From Salisapilia sapeloensis CBS 127946 (Eukaryota; Protista; Oomycota): a stretch of 64,000 bases of DNA. A program made the position numbers and the translations under genes. The stretch lies in contig JAADVB010000012.1 of NCBI GenBank assembly GCA_023334545.1, positions 1 to 64,000 of the forward strand, written 5' to 3'. The notes beneath the pieces were generated by a model, which worked only from the letters and a program-made list of their open reading frames with translations, had not been told where the DNA came from and did not search any database. Each line of letters opens with the position of its first letter. Position 1 is the first letter of the stretch. Below, in pieces: positions 63,441 through 64,000 of this stretch.

Positions 63441-64000
63441 ATACTAGCATTGTATTAAATATTCAGAAGGCGGAAGCGAAGATAAATGTGATTTGTAAAG
63501 GGAAAATATAACGATGATGAAAGTATTTCTGGATGTTCGTGGGTATGCACGTGCTGTCAAGGAAGAAAAGACGTAAGGAAGGCGATCGACACCTAGAAAG
63601 AAGTTTCGAATAAGATAGTAGCAGGTTTTCATTTTCGAATTATAGTTTTCAATGTATTTCTCCAATTGTGAAATACTTCCCAAGCTCGACCAGTCTTTCC
63701 ATACTGTGATTCGCAGCATGTTCTATTGCAAATCACACGCACATTCTATAGTATGCACCATCTAATTTGACTCTCGCCACCTGACCATGCTTGCTTTCGA
63801 ACTAATTTATCTTCATTTACATCCAAATCCCGTTGGTATCTCAGGCCCGTAAGATAAATTGTAAATTCATTGATAATCTATGAATACATTTACATTGTAC
63901 GACATTTACGAAATATTCGACTCTCTTTTGTCCGTGCCCATTTGAAATCAATCACAATTAGCTTGGAAAGAATCGAAAAAGAAATAGCCAGTAGTGATTT

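Overview
Gene-dense, intron-containing eukaryotic nuclear DNA, most likely an oomycete or another flagellated stramenopile. That assignment is inferred from oomycete-type Inr/FPR core promoters (TCATTYYNCAWTTY), mostly 45-95 nt GT-AG introns, GT71 mannosyltransferases and the flagellar genes SAS6L and ODA-DC2. I assembled 31 protein-coding genes by manual splicing, plus one elongator tRNA-Met. Genes are packed with very short head-to-head promoters (150-270 bp) and tail-to-tail gaps (13-133 bp). Housekeeping genes include KRR1, TRM112, NDUFAF1, a CDK9/12-like kinase, ALG3, DPH2, dymeclin, spermidine synthase, U1-C, a SYP7-like SNARE and the RNA Pol I subunit RPA2. The most unusual items are domain fusions. 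(1) A pseudokinase plus tyrosine-kinase-signature (HRDVAARN) protein lies head-to-head with a PTEN-C2-PH phosphatase. (2) ALG3 carries a C-terminal DUF2470-like domain. (3) An FHA domain is fused to WDR70. (4) A two-repeat Kv channel has asymmetric selectivity filters. (5) A ~2,400-aa calpain carries FYVE-like, C2 and WW modules. Also notable are a stand-alone bacterial-style DHFR and a GT71 paralogue lacking DxD. After 61.5 kb the sequence becomes gene-poor, with a ~150-bp fold-back element and degenerate signal-peptide-like frames. I saw no CRISPR array, rRNA or intact transposon. All homology calls are motif recognition by eye, not database searches, and exon boundaries are manual predictions.
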